A stretch of 30,626 bases of DNA, taken from positions 1-30,626 of the forward strand of contig NW_021832474.1 in NCBI RefSeq assembly GCF_006345805.1, in the 5' to 3' direction. Below the pieces are notes generated by a model, which was not told where the DNA came from, did no database searches, and saw only the letters and a program-made list of their open reading frames with translations. A program made the position numbers and the translations under genes. Shown here piece by piece: positions 1-11,673 of this stretch. Each line of letters opens with the position of its first letter. Position 1 is the first letter of the stretch. Origin of the DNA: Octopus sinensis. Taxonomy: Eukaryota.

Positions 1-103
1 ATGTGGATTCGGGTTCAATTCCAATACGTGACACCTTGGGATAAGTAGAGCTGACCAATGCCTTTTGAGCAAATTTTGAGAACGAAAACTGCATGGAAAT
101 CCG

Positions 104-105
<2 letters not shown>
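1..105 (+). mobile_element. Degenerate 5' half of family C tRNA-headed SINE, cut by the window edge
   Basis: ggttcaattccaatacgtgacaccttgg...gaaaactgcatggaaatccgtcg aligns by eye with 16400-16510; followed by (CA)n(TA)n like other C copies. Confidence 0.6.
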
Positions 106-743
<638 letters not shown>

Positions 744-744
<1 letters not shown>

Positions 745-1403
745 TGATTACGTAAGTATGAAATACACTGTGATACAGGTCTATATTTTTAAATGTCTTA
801 CTTTGAAAAATTGCATTCGGTAGGATTAGTAATATTTTTGGTAGAAATGACTGATTGTCCCTCTTAGCGTTTGGCATGTATGTATATGCCTTCTGGCATG
901 TATGTATATTGCCCTCTATATATAAATTAATATGTTCAATAAGAAATAATTATTTTCGAAATTTTTCTCTTACGAGGTTTTTACGCTATCTACCTGACAA
1001 TTCTTGTTAAGTTTTCTTATTAAGTAGTTGTCCTTAATTGCTAATTTTTATTCCGAAAAAACTTTTCCTCTCCCGAAATGCAATTCGTAAAAGTTTGCCA
1101 TTTACCCGGATATAATATATGTAAACTCACCCATGTGCTTCGTTGATGTTGATCAGTTAGCTGATCGGCTTAAGCGGGGCAGGGTCGTTGTTTATTTATA
1201 ATACATTCAGGCCTGCTGATGATTACGTAAGTATGAAATCACTGTGATACAGGTCTATATTTTTAAATGTCTTACTTTGAAAAATTTGCATTCGGTAGGA
1301 TTAGTAATATTTTTGGTAGAAATGACTGATTGTCCCTCTTAGCGTTTGGCATGTATGTATAATGCCTTCTGGCATGTATGTATATTGCCCTCTATATATA
1401 AAT
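744..1403 (+). mobile_element. Hammerhead-bearing direct-repeat element (retrozyme / Penelope-like non-autonomous retroelement candidate)
   Basis: About 183-bp near-identical direct repeats at 744-926 and 1219-1403 (offset 475), differing by a few 1-nt indels; complete hammerhead at the start of the second repeat; (TA)n on the left and a short TA run on the right. Confidence 0.6.
1209..1256 (+). ncRNA. Type I hammerhead ribozyme
   Basis: Stem I AGGCCTG(1209-1215)/CAGGTCT(1250-1256); core CTGATGA 1216-1222; stem II TAC-GTAA-GTA with a T.T closing mismatch; GAAA 1235-1238; stem III ATCA-ctg-TGAT; cleavage triplet ATA ending at 1249. Confidence 0.75.
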
Positions 1404-1779
1404 ATATATATATATGTATATTTGTCTTTCAGCTTGTGTTTATTCTCGCTACTTTTCGACAATCAGTGTACTATTGTAATTTCACTGCAATCAGCTGCAG
1501 TGAAACCACTTCAGCGATCAAGTCAAAGTTAATCGACGAATGTTTTAACCTCTTTGACCGTTGAGGCCAATTTAAGAAATCAGTAAAGAAAATATTGTTA
1601 AGCATTAAAGGAAGCATTTATATCAGTTCTAATAAATTTGGGACTCATTTGACACGTACAAGAGCTGTATTGAATACTGCTTTTGCCATGAAGAACGTTT
1701 CCCGCTTTAGACAATAGGTGCTGAAGAATACCAACGGTCATTTCAAGGTATCATCTCTCGGCAAAACTCTCTTTTCACT

Positions 1780-1998
1780 CTTTTCTCTTTTACTTGTTTC
1801 AGTCATTTGGCTGTGGCCATGCTGGAGCACCGCCTTTTGTCAAGCAGACCGACCCCAGGACTTATTCTTTGTAAGCCTAGTACTTATTCTATCAGTCTCT
1901 TTTGCCGAACCGCTAAGTTTCGAGGACGTAAACACACCAGCATCGGTTGTCAAGCGATGTTGGGGGGGGGTGCAGGGGACAAACACAGACGCAAACAT

Positions 1999-2031
<33 letters not shown>

Positions 2032-2192
2032 CGACGGGCTTCTTTCAGTTCCCGTCTATCAAATCCACTCACAAGGCTTTGGTCGGCCCGAGGCTATAGT
2101 AGAAGACACTTGCCTAGGGTGCCACGCAGTGAGACTGAACCCGGAACTATGTTGTTGGTAAGCAAGCAACTTACCACACAGCCACTCCTACT
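1780..2192 (-). mobile_element. Family C tRNA-headed SINE, full length, with central (TA)n/(TG)n
   Basis: Reverse complement of 16345-16770 over the whole length; A-box-like gtggctgtgtggtaag and B-box-like ggttcagtc. Confidence 0.9.
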
Positions 2193-2412
2193 GTTTAATG
2201 TATTTCTAATTACTTGGTTATCGTCAACACCGTGTCCTGCAAGTGAGACAACTCTGAGGTGACACTAGAAATAATTATTTCCTTCATGTAAACCTGCATC
2301 AAACCATGACTTGACCAGGTGTGACACTGGGCCCGACTATATTGTAAAGGGCACACAAAAGCAGTGTTGCTAATAAACAAACATTGAGATCAGCATAATT
2401 ATTACTATAATC

Positions 2413-2888
2413 TAAGGCGTGTAGGTGGCAGAATTCTTCGGATACCAGGCAAAATACTTAGCGGTACTTCGTCTCTCTTTACATTCTGGGTTCAAATTCT
2501 GCCGAGGTCGACTTTGCCTTTCATCCTTTCGGGGTCGATAAATTAAGTAGCAGTTACACACTGGGGTCGATGTAATCGACTTAATACCTTTGTCTGTCTT
2601 TGTTTGTCCCGTCTATATTTAGCCCCTTGTGGGAAATAAAGAAATATATAAGGTAAGGCGTGTCTCTGGCAGAATCGTTAGGATACCTGGCAGAATCGTT
2701 AGGATACCTGGCAAAATGCTTAGCGGTACTTCGTCTCTCTTACGTTCTGGGTTCAAATTCCGCCGAGGTCGACTTTGCCTTTCATTCTATCGAGGTCGAT
2801 TAAATAAGTAGCAGTTGAGCACTGAGGTCGATGTAATTGATTTACTTCCTGCTCCGAAATTACTTGCCTTGTGTCAAAATTTGAAACC
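2413..2888 (+). mobile_element. Two tandem family A SINEs (2413-2646 with A tail; 2654-2888 with A' tail)
   Basis: Core ttcaaattccgccgaggtcgactttgcctttcatcctttcggggtcgat; the second copy carries a 21-bp head duplication (ctggcagaatcgttaggatac x2). Confidence 0.88.
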
Positions 2889-2894
2889 AAGATT

Positions 2895-3125
2895 AGTACA
2901 AGGCCACAGATTTTGGGGCAAGTTATAATCGATTACTTGTTTGAGGCTGATTTTATAAAACCTAGTATTTAACCGATACTTATGTTGATTCTAGTATAAC
3001 TAATGTTCATTTTAACAACCCTGGAAGGTTCGAAAGGAAAGTCAACCCTAGCGAGGTTTGAACTGAGAACGTCAGGAGCCATAGATAAATATTGCAAAGA
3101 ATTTCTCTCAACGCTCTAACAATTG
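2895..3125 (-). mobile_element. Degenerate A' SINE
   Basis: gaaaggaaagtcaaccctagcgaggtttgaactgagaacg resembles the reverse-complemented A core. Confidence 0.6.
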
Positions 3126-3744
3126 AGCTATGGAAGTATGAAGAGTAGAAGCTGTAGTGGTTGCAGTAACGGTTATGGCGGTGATAAATGTGTCAAAATA
3201 ATTGATTTTCTAATTTGTGTTAAACCACCATTAAAGATAGCGCCGTCTTCGTTCCTTCACGTGTATTTCGTGTCAATTTAATTAGAAGTCACTTTTCCAT
3301 TTTCGAACCCGTTTCGACTTGGAAGAATCGTTGAATATTTTATAAGCTCTGAAGAAGACATCATCTTACTGTAAATATAGTTGGAAGAATAGTAAATACA
3401 ATGTTCAGGCGACTAAAGTTGCAAAGCAACAAGTTTATCTTTCAGCCGACACCATTACTGGCTCATTTTACAGTCTGTTGCAGCAGTACTCTCCCCCGTT
3501 AACACGATATTTTATTTTAGTACTTCTTTTATTTATTTAACAGAAAAAAAAAATATATATATAATAAATGAATAAAGTGAGATTATCTCAGAGTTCGTTT
3601 TGATTGAGGAATGAAATAAAAGAAGAATCTATCTTCTCATTTTTTTTCTCTTTTTACTAAAACATCCATCTATTTATCGCGAAATCATATATTTACCTTA
3701 AACTAAAGAGAAGGAAAAACTTAAGCCGGAGTGGAAAGGCGGGG

Positions 3745-3784
3745 AAGAGAAAGCGAGAGAGAAAGAGAGAGAGAGAGGAGAGAG

Positions 3785-3830
<46 letters not shown>
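3745..3830. repeat. (AG)n microsatellite
   Basis: Direct reading. Confidence 0.95.
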
Positions 3831-3831
<1 letters not shown>

Positions 3832-4315
3832 GAGTGAGAGAACAAGTACAACAACAATAACAATATCAAAAATACCAAAAAACCAGCATGAAAAAATAAT
3901 AATGGTTGTTGAAACATTTAACTAATGCTGGAGTGTTACAACGCGTTGGGGAGGAGTTGTCCTAGAGTTTGGCTATTTTCTATTCGTTATAGAATCAGTA
4001 TAATTGATTGGAGAGAAGATAATGTGCTGGAATGTCGTTCCCATTTAGCTTTGTTGTTATTGTTGTTATTTTTTTTAGCCCCAGGTGAGCCATGATTAAG
4101 CGTACAGAGGAATAATAAACCTAACAAGCATGCGCAGGCGTGACTGTGTGGTAAGAAGTTTGTTTTCCGACCACATGGTTCCCGGTTCAGTCCCACTGCT
4201 TGGCACCTTGGGTAAGCGTCTAATACTATAGCGTCGGCCCGACTGAAGCTTTGCTTCTGAGTGGATTTGGCAGACGGAAACGGAAAGAAGCCAGTCGTGA
4301 TCGCTAGAGACTACA

Positions 4316-4475
4316 CATTCTTTATTTTCTCTCCTTGTTTCTTTCTGTGTTCCTTTCTGTGGAAGAGCGTAGGCTCGAAACATTAAAAACTTTTTCCCTT
4401 CCGAGCGCGAAACTAATACATCTGTTTGTTGTCTACACTACCTGTCTTCGTCTTTTGTTTTTTTTGTGAATTCTC

Positions 4476-4478
<3 letters not shown>
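4316..4478 (+). mobile_element. (TA)n-abutting short module with a degenerate minimal hammerhead (Penelope-like terminal fragment candidate)
   Basis: CTGTGGA-A-GAGC-GTAG-GCTC-GAAAC at 4357-4381; pyrimidine-rich 3' part running into (TA)n; same layout as 5045-5270. Confidence 0.55.
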
Positions 4479-4519
<41 letters not shown>

Positions 4520-4523
4520 TATA

Positions 4524-4574
<51 letters not shown>

Positions 4575-4672
4575 TAACAATGAAGGGTGAAATTAATTAA
4601 TTTGGAACAATTATCAATTACACCAAGTAGTCTTCGGCATGTAAAAGCCTCATTCGAGGAAAATTTAAGTAA

Positions 4673-5024
<352 letters not shown>

Positions 5025-5044
5025 ATATATATATACATATATAT

Positions 5045-5270
5045 ACCTAAGAAAATGTCAAAATGTGACCGCGTGTGTACCGTTGGCGATTTTCTTCCTC
5101 CGTCTTCCCTTCTCTGGATCTTTCCTTTTCCTATGTTTCTGACGAAGAGCTCCGCTCGAAACGTTAAATCCTCCTTCTTCCCTTCCTTCCTTAGCGTCCA
5201 ATAATACTATATTGTTCCACGTCCTCGCGTTGTTGTGTTTTCTCTTTGTGTTTTCATGTTTAGATTAACT
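5045..5270 (+). mobile_element. (TA)n-embedded short module carrying a minimal hammerhead (Penelope-like terminal fragment candidate)
   Basis: Flanked by (TA)n on both sides; contains the hammerhead motif at 5135-5169. Confidence 0.6.
5135..5169 (+). ncRNA. Minimal type I hammerhead ribozyme motif
   Basis: GTTT / CTGACGA(5139-5145) / A / GAGC-TCC-GCTC / GAAA(5158-5161) / CGT-T / AAAT; the palindromic ACGT replaces a monomeric stem III; short stem I GTTT/AAAT. Confidence 0.6.
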
Positions 5271-5296
5271 TTATATATATATGCATGTATGTATAT

Positions 5297-5382
<86 letters not shown>

Positions 5383-5420
5383 GTATGTGTATATATATGT
5401 ATATATATATATTATATATA

Positions 5421-5452
<32 letters not shown>

Positions 5453-5714
5453 ATGTGTATATACACACACGCGCGCGAATATCTGTTTTGTCTCCCACCA
5501 CCGCACCATCGCTTGACAACCACTATATGTTACGTTTATGTCCCCCTCAACTTAGCAGTTTGGCAAAAGCGACTGATAAAATAAGTACCAGGTTCAAAAT
5601 AAATAAGCACTGAAGTTGATTCGTTTGTCTAAAATTCTTCAAGGCGCTGGCCAAGCATGGCCGCAGTCTGATGACTAAAGCAAGTAAAATAATTACAAAA
5701 ATCTATGGTTAGAC

Positions 5715-6040
5715 ATTTCGCTTTGCATCCATAAGGCCCTCGGTTCGATCCCACCGCGTGGCATCTTCAGTAAATGTAATTTCCTAAAACTTCTGGACTA
5801 CCCATTGTCTGTAAGTGGAATTGGAAAGACGGAAACTGTACAGAAGCCCGTCTGATTGTCTGAACCTGCAAGTCAAAGAAGTACAGCATTATCACACACC
5901 GTGTCACGTGGTTTCTGTTCGAGAATTACGAGAAGGATACTGGCATTCCGTCGGTTACGACGATGCAGGTTCTAGATGATCCGATTACCTGAACAGCCTG
6001 CTCGCGAAATTAACGTGCAACTAGTTGAGTACTGCACAGA
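5715..6040 (+). mobile_element. Degenerate C head joined to a D tail whose 3' end (5940-6040) is inverted
   Basis: ggttcgatccca...gacggaaactgtacagaagcccgtc matches C; 5860-5938 matches D forward; 5941-6040 matches D in reverse (compare 7197-7290). Confidence 0.55.
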
Positions 6041-6430
6041 GTGGATGCGCAATGGCCCAGTGGTTAGGGCAGCGGACTCGCAGTCGTAAGAAGGCGGTTT
6101 CGATTCCTAGTCCGGGCATTGTGAGTGTTTATTGAGCAAAAACCCCTAAGTTCAACGAGGATCCGGCGGGGAGGGTAGTGAACCCCGCTGTACTCTTTCA
6201 CCACAACTTTCTTTCACTCTTTCTTCCTACTTCTGCCACAAAGCAGAGGAACCATGGTGTAACCCACTATGGTGTGGTAAACCATACTCCAGGATAGTTC
6301 AGCTCTCCAGCCGTTAAAAAGTCACCGTTTACGGAATGAGGGTAACAACGTAGCTTTCGCGTCCGTGCAACATCCAGTCTATCGCTTGTGGTGGGTGGAT
6401 CTTCAAGTTGCCACACGCATTCTTAGTAGC
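6041..6430 (+). mobile_element. Family B tRNA(Arg)-like SINE head (6041-6232) followed by a unique GC-balanced tail
   Basis: A box tggcccagtgg, anticodon-loop-like gactcgcag, B box gtttcgattcc; aligns with 14956-15150; 3' limit uncertain. Confidence 0.75.
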
Positions 6431-6490
6431 TTAGAGTAGGCTCGAATTAGAGATTATTCTTTGTGGCTAAGGGTGTGAGTTCTGACTGGA

Positions 6491-6531
6491 AAAAGAAGAA
6501 GAAGAAGAAGAAGAAAAAGAAGAAGAAGAAC
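6491..6531. repeat. (GAA)n microsatellite
   Basis: Direct reading. Confidence 0.9.
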
Positions 6532-7196
6532 TACTGCACAGACACGCATAGCACTTAATATAGCACCAATAAGAAGACGCTTTCACAACTGTGAAGTTTT
6601 GTCTAAAAGTGAGAAGCTCTATACATATTAACTGAATAGCTGAGGAGATATAACGACACACATAGAGACTTGCATTATCTAAGTCACAAATTAATACACT
6701 ACGACGCATTCTTAATGGTGTATTTACCTATCTGTCAGGCCACAGAAAATATTTCACCTGCAATATACAGTCAAGTGGTTAAATAGCTCACACTCAAACG
6801 GTGAAACATAAGATTGATTGGGGACTAACATATTTAATTTAGCGAGCCTGAATATGTTTAATCACAATTACACCAGTATGGAAGAGGAAAATTCACTTGT
6901 TGCGTTGATGAATTCTTGTGAGGAAAAAAAAAAGTGAGGTAGGTAATTCCATGATCCAAATTAATTGGAAATTGAATTGGATCCTGGAGTGGTGGAATGA
7001 AGAAGGTATTCTTGTGATGAAATATAAAATTTAAAGGAAGCTGAATTCAGTTATATTCTAACATTCCTGATATCTTTGGAAGTTTCGCTAATTTTATTAA
7101 TTACAGAACCCTATTAATACTAATTCAAGCTCTAATTTAAGCTCTTTGTCTATATTAGACCTGTGGTTATTGAGGAAGAAGCTGAGATAATAATCG

Positions 7197-7577
7197 TGGC
7201 ACTCCGTCGGTTACGACGACGAGCGTTCCAGTTCATATGATCAACGGAACAGCCTGTTCATAAAATTAACGTGTAAGTGGCTGAGCCCTCCACAGACACA
7301 TGTACCCCTTAACGTAGTTCTCGGGGAGATTCAGCATGACACAGAGTGTAACAGGCCGGCTCTTTGAAATACAGGTTCAACAGGAACAGGAAGAAAGAGT
7401 GAGAGAAAGTTGTGGTGAAAGAGTACAGCAGGGTTCGCCACTACCCATTGTCAGAGCCTCGTGGTATTTTAGGTATTTTCGCTCAGTAAACACTCACAAC
7501 GCCCAGTTTGGGAATTTAAACCGCGATCCTATAACCACGAGTCTGCTGCCCTAACCCCTGGGCTATTGCGTCTCCAC
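7197..7577 (-). mobile_element. Composite SINE: B head plus D tail
   Basis: 7380-7577 is the reverse complement of the B head; 7197-7380 matches 27230-27400. Confidence 0.85.
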
Positions 7578-7904
7578 TGAGATGATAATAAAATGCTTGT
7601 GTTAAATGAGTTGCAATAATTAGTTTTGTCGATGGGGCTAACTTTACCTTTCATCTCCCCATCTCTCCACAAAAGCTGTTACTTTCTGTCGACAAAAGAA
7701 ATCCATATTCTCTCTCTGTATCTGGCAAACAGCCGTAATAAATTCAATCTCCCAGGGAGCCAAATCTGAGATTCAGTTTCAAATCCTTGTTCCGGCCACT
7801 AAGCTTTACGTATTTTCTCGTTGAATATCACAACGTTATTTCGTTTCTGTATTTGGTTTGCAAGGTTCTTGATGTGAATTCATGTGTTGAAACAAATTTT
7901 GTTT

Positions 7905-8250
7905 GCAAATAATAAAACAACACACACACAGGTTCAATTCCACTTCTTTATTGTTAGTCAACTGATTAAATGTCTAACCAACTAATCGATCGTCTGTTTA
8001 ATATGTTGGTTAAACAACCAATAGATTGTTTGTTTGTCAGTCAAATTCCTTTCGTCGCTCTTCGCGATCTTTTCAGTGACTTGGTGACTTCTCTTCTCGT
8101 TCCAAGGTGTGCAACGAAAAAACTTTCACAAACAGACAAAGAAACAAGCAACAACCGAGGGATTGTGTAGCTAACACATGAAACAAACGACCGATTAGTT
8201 AGTTAGATATTTAACCTGGAATCGAACCTGTGTGTATGTTATTATTTTTT
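7905..8250. mobile_element. Old MITE-like imperfect inverted repeat, arms about 120 bp
   Basis: acacacaggttcaattcca...ttaaatgtctaaccaactaatcgatcgtctgttt versus the reverse complement of aaacaaacgaccgattagttagttagatatttaacctggaatcgaacctgtgtgt. Confidence 0.55.
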
Positions 8251-8412
8251 ACGTAATGATCCTCCCAAGACAACAAAATCGCAACGTTAAATTCATGTAT
8301 ATTTTCTTTCTAAAAATAATCGTGTTTTGTTTCTTGTTTATATCCTGAACGGTAGATTTGAATCTGATGAAGTTCTCAGTGTAAACGAAGACAAGAAACT
8401 GTTAGAATCATT

Positions 8413-8645
8413 AAGGCGGCGAGCTGGCAGAAACGTTAGCACGCCGGGTGAAATGCTTAGCAGTATTTCGTCTGCCGCTACGTTCTAAGTTCAAATTCCG
8501 CCGAGGTCGACTTTGCCTTTCATCCTTTCGGGGTCGATTAATTAAGTACCAGTTACGCACCGGGAACAATGTAATCGTCTTAATCCGTTTGTCTGTCCTT
8601 ATTTGTCCCCTCTATGTTTAGCCCCTTGTGGGCAATAAAGAAATA
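8413..8645 (+). mobile_element. Family A SINE, full length
   Basis: Head ggcggcgagctggcagaaacgttagc, B box gttcaaattcc; TSD-like aagaaac(t)gttaga on both sides. Confidence 0.92.
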
Positions 8646-8699
8646 AGAAACGTTAGAGTGTTGGAAAAGTACATTATAGTATTTGTTTCAGTTTTATAC

Positions 8700-8835
8700 A
8701 TTACGAGTTCAAATTCTACCGACGTCGACTTTGTCTTTCATCGGCGCAAGAGGCCGATGAAAAGAAAGCGCCGGACATCATACTGGCTTAGATGTAATCG
8801 ACTAACCCCTTACCCCCAAATTGTTGACTGTGCTT
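8700..8835 (+). mobile_element. Degenerate A' SINE fragment
   Basis: gagttcaaattctaccgacgtcgactttgtctttcatc...gatgtaatcgact. Confidence 0.65.
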
Positions 8836-9126
8836 AATTCGGGTATCATTGTTACCATTCTCTGTGTGAATGACTACCAGTTAAAGAATCAACGGTTTAT
8901 ATATCACCCATGGCACTGTACTGCATCATTAACCGAATCATTTATCTTTCACTACCTTTGTTTTCTTAAATTTAAATATTTACAGTGTTAAATAATTAAT
9001 TAACTAGATTTTAAGCAGGTTGAAGTGCTGAGTTTACCTTTATTTACTAAGGTTTTGTGAAAATAACAGGGAACTATGTCAATATCTAATTTCCAGATGA
9101 AGATTCGTTTTGTTACTATCAGCAGG

Positions 9127-9400
9127 GTGGAGGCACATGGCCTGGTGCTTAGAGCAGCGAACTCGCGGTCGAGAGATCGCGGGTTCGAATCTCAGACCAG
9201 GCGATGTGTGTGTTTATGAGTAAAACACTTAAGCTCCACGCTGCTCCGACAGAAGGTAATGGCGAACCTCTGCTGACTCTTTCGCCACAACTTTCTCTCA
9301 CACTTTCCTCCTGCATCTTGCAGCTCACCTGCACGGACCGGCGTCTCGTCCAGATGGGGAACATATACGCCAATGAAACCGGGAAACCGGCCCTTGTGAG
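9127..9400 (+). mobile_element. Family B2 SINE with V-domain-like tail ending gaaaccgggaaaccggccc
   Basis: Closely similar to 28686-28975; tRNA A and B boxes. Confidence 0.88.
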
Positions 9401-9564
9401 ACAGGTGTGGCTTAAGAAGGAACAAACCATCAGCAGGATTTTAAAATAAACAGATTTTCAACAGCATGAAGCAGCAGAAAATAGAAAAAAAGAAGAAAAA
9501 AAATGAATCACCCACACTGATTTACTCCAAATTTCACATTCAGTTTAGATTAAAAAAAAAAAAG

Positions 9565-10040
9565 GTGGAGGCGTGTGGTTTAGTGGTTTGGGTATTGGAT
9601 TCATGATCGTAAAATCGTAGTTTCGAATCCTGGACGGGAGGTCTTCTGTTCTTGAGCAAAATAATTCAATTTCACGCTGCTCCTATATACTTATATTTCT
9701 TTATTGCCCACAAGGGGCTAAACACAGAGGGGACAAACAAGGACATACAAAGGGATAAAGTCGATTATATCGACCCCAGTGCGAAACTGGTACTTATTTA
9801 TTGACCCCGAAAGGATGAAAGGCAAAATCGATCTCGGCGGAATTTGAACTCAGAAAGTAACGGCAGACGAAATACTGCTACGCATTTCGCCCGGCGTGCT
9901 AACGCTTCTGCCAAGCTCGCCGCCTTTACTCCAATCCGCTTAACCGGCAAAAATGAGAAATCCTCCGACGGACCGGCGTCCCATCCAGGGTGGGTGCGCA
10001 ATATATACGCCATGGAAACCGGGAAACCGGCCCCTATGTA
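9565..10040 (+). mobile_element. Family E SINE interrupted by a minus-strand A SINE
   Basis: Head 9565-9683 and remainder 9927-10040 together match the reverse complement of 12845-13093. Confidence 0.75.
9694..9926 (-). mobile_element. Family A SINE nested in E
   Basis: Reverse complement of 8413-8645. Confidence 0.92.
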
Positions 10041-11011
10041 TATATGACTCTGGAAAGAACTTTAACTTCTTTTTATTGTTCAGATAAATATATATATATA
10101 TATCATGGAAAAACAAAACAAGATTAAAAAAAACAAACAAAACAGGCAGGGAAATCAATCTCCTGGTTCCGGTTTTCTTGATATAACAAAGAAAGGAATC
10201 AACGCAAATAAGGGGCTGGCATTCTTGTATTCCTTTTTTATCAAATCTTTGTACTTTTGAAAAGTATAAATTCTAAAGATGGTTTCATTCTTCAAATGAA
10301 TTTAATTATTTGACTGATTTTCCTCTGATTTTCTCTTGTTTGCCAAGAGCTTTGAACATTAATTGAAAATAGTTTCGTTTCCTGTTCCGCGGAAGAGATT
10401 TTGAAAGTACCCCAAGAAAAGCGACCTTCTTTTCTTTAGAAATAGACTTTATAGAAGAAAACAATAAGCTTGTAATAAAGGATATTTCTTTGATGGTCAT
10501 TAAGTATTGGCAATCTTCGCAATCTTATAAACACTACGTTAAGGAGAATAAAAGATTTGAAAAGAAATCCGATAACTGAATTAATCTCTTTGAAGAGAGA
10601 GTACAGTAAAATGATTGGCGGACAGGAGGGGGTGGTGGTGGTGAATAAATCCGTCTGGACGAGAAAGAAGGGAATAAATTTCTAACACATTTTTTCGAGT
10701 GAAAGATACTTAAAAGTGTTCTAATTCCACTGTAGATAAATAACAACAAAAGAAATAAATCCATTGCTGTCACTTGCAAGCGAACATGGCTTGCTAGAAT
10801 GTTCCAAGCTTTGCGTAATTGTTTAAAGTACTTAATGTTGCTAGCAGTCAACCTCTCGGATCTCTCATTCCTAGTCCGGCAGAACATCCAGAATGTGGTA
10901 GTTTGAGATCAAGGGCCTTACTCTAGGACACTAACCATCGTTAGGTCCAAGAAGTGAACGTACAAACTAACGATCATGAACCAAACCTCTAGGCCATACA
11001 AATATACTATA

Positions 11012-11246
11012 AAGGCGGCGAGCTGGCAGAGACGTTAGCACGCCGGGCGAAATACTTAGCGGTATTTCGCCTGCCGTTACGTTTCTGAGTTCAAATTCCG
11101 CCGAGGTCGACTTTGCCTTTCATCCTTTCGGGGTCAATTAAATGAGTACCAGTTACGCACAGGTTGTCGATATAATCGACTTAATCTGTTTGTCTGTCCT
11201 TGTTTGTCCCCTCTATGTTTAGCCCCTTGTGGGCAATAAAGAAATA
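11012..11246 (+). mobile_element. Family A SINE with 12-bp TSD
   Basis: acaaatatacta at 10998-11009 and 11247-11258. Confidence 0.95.
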
Positions 11247-11673
11247 ACAAATATACTAATACATAGCAAGGTAACAGCTATAGAAACTCAGACACACATA
11301 TATACACATCCACACGTACTCGTACACACAAACACTGCTTGCTTGATGATGGTCAACGTATAGATTTTATATATCTTGATGACTGTAAATCTGATTCTTT
11401 GATGTACAGCTCCTGTTGAAGCGAGACATCTAAATATTTGGTTGCAGAACTCCGGTGGTGATAAGCAGAGGCGAAAGGGACAGTTAAAGGATGTTATTAG
11501 ATGTGTTCAGCTTTGACCCTGCTCACAGGCGTCCAAAGGGTGATGGTTGTTCTCAACAGACCCTGGCCAGATGTTTATGGCGATGTCTTTCAGAAACCTA
11601 ATTCATCGAAGCAACAAGAGAATCCACTAGCGTCGATTCAATTCTGCAGGTTTTGATTCAACGTAGGGTTTCT

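Noticed and set aside
1718-2262. 147-aa and 151-aa ORFs, and similar ORFs over other SINEs (for example 18948-19412, 28697-28963)
   Set aside because: They lie within multi-copy SINEs; the same peptides recur at other copies with broken frames
4625-4660. Minus-strand hammerhead-like CGAATGA-GGC-ttttacat-GCC-GAAG
   Set aside because: Both core segments deviate from CUGANGA and GAAA, and no stem I or III is evident
6041-6120. tRNA genes at SINE heads (all B, C, E and A copies)
   Set aside because: A and B boxes are present but there is no complete acceptor stem and each continues into a SINE body
8364-8390. CTGATGA-A-GTT...AAC-GAAG hammerhead-like string
   Set aside because: GAAG instead of GAAA, weak stem II, no stem I or III
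11342-11390. LDDGQRIDFIYLDDCK, resembling a CR1 RT motif
   Set aside because: The following AFD motif is absent and no neighbouring RT motifs were found; too short
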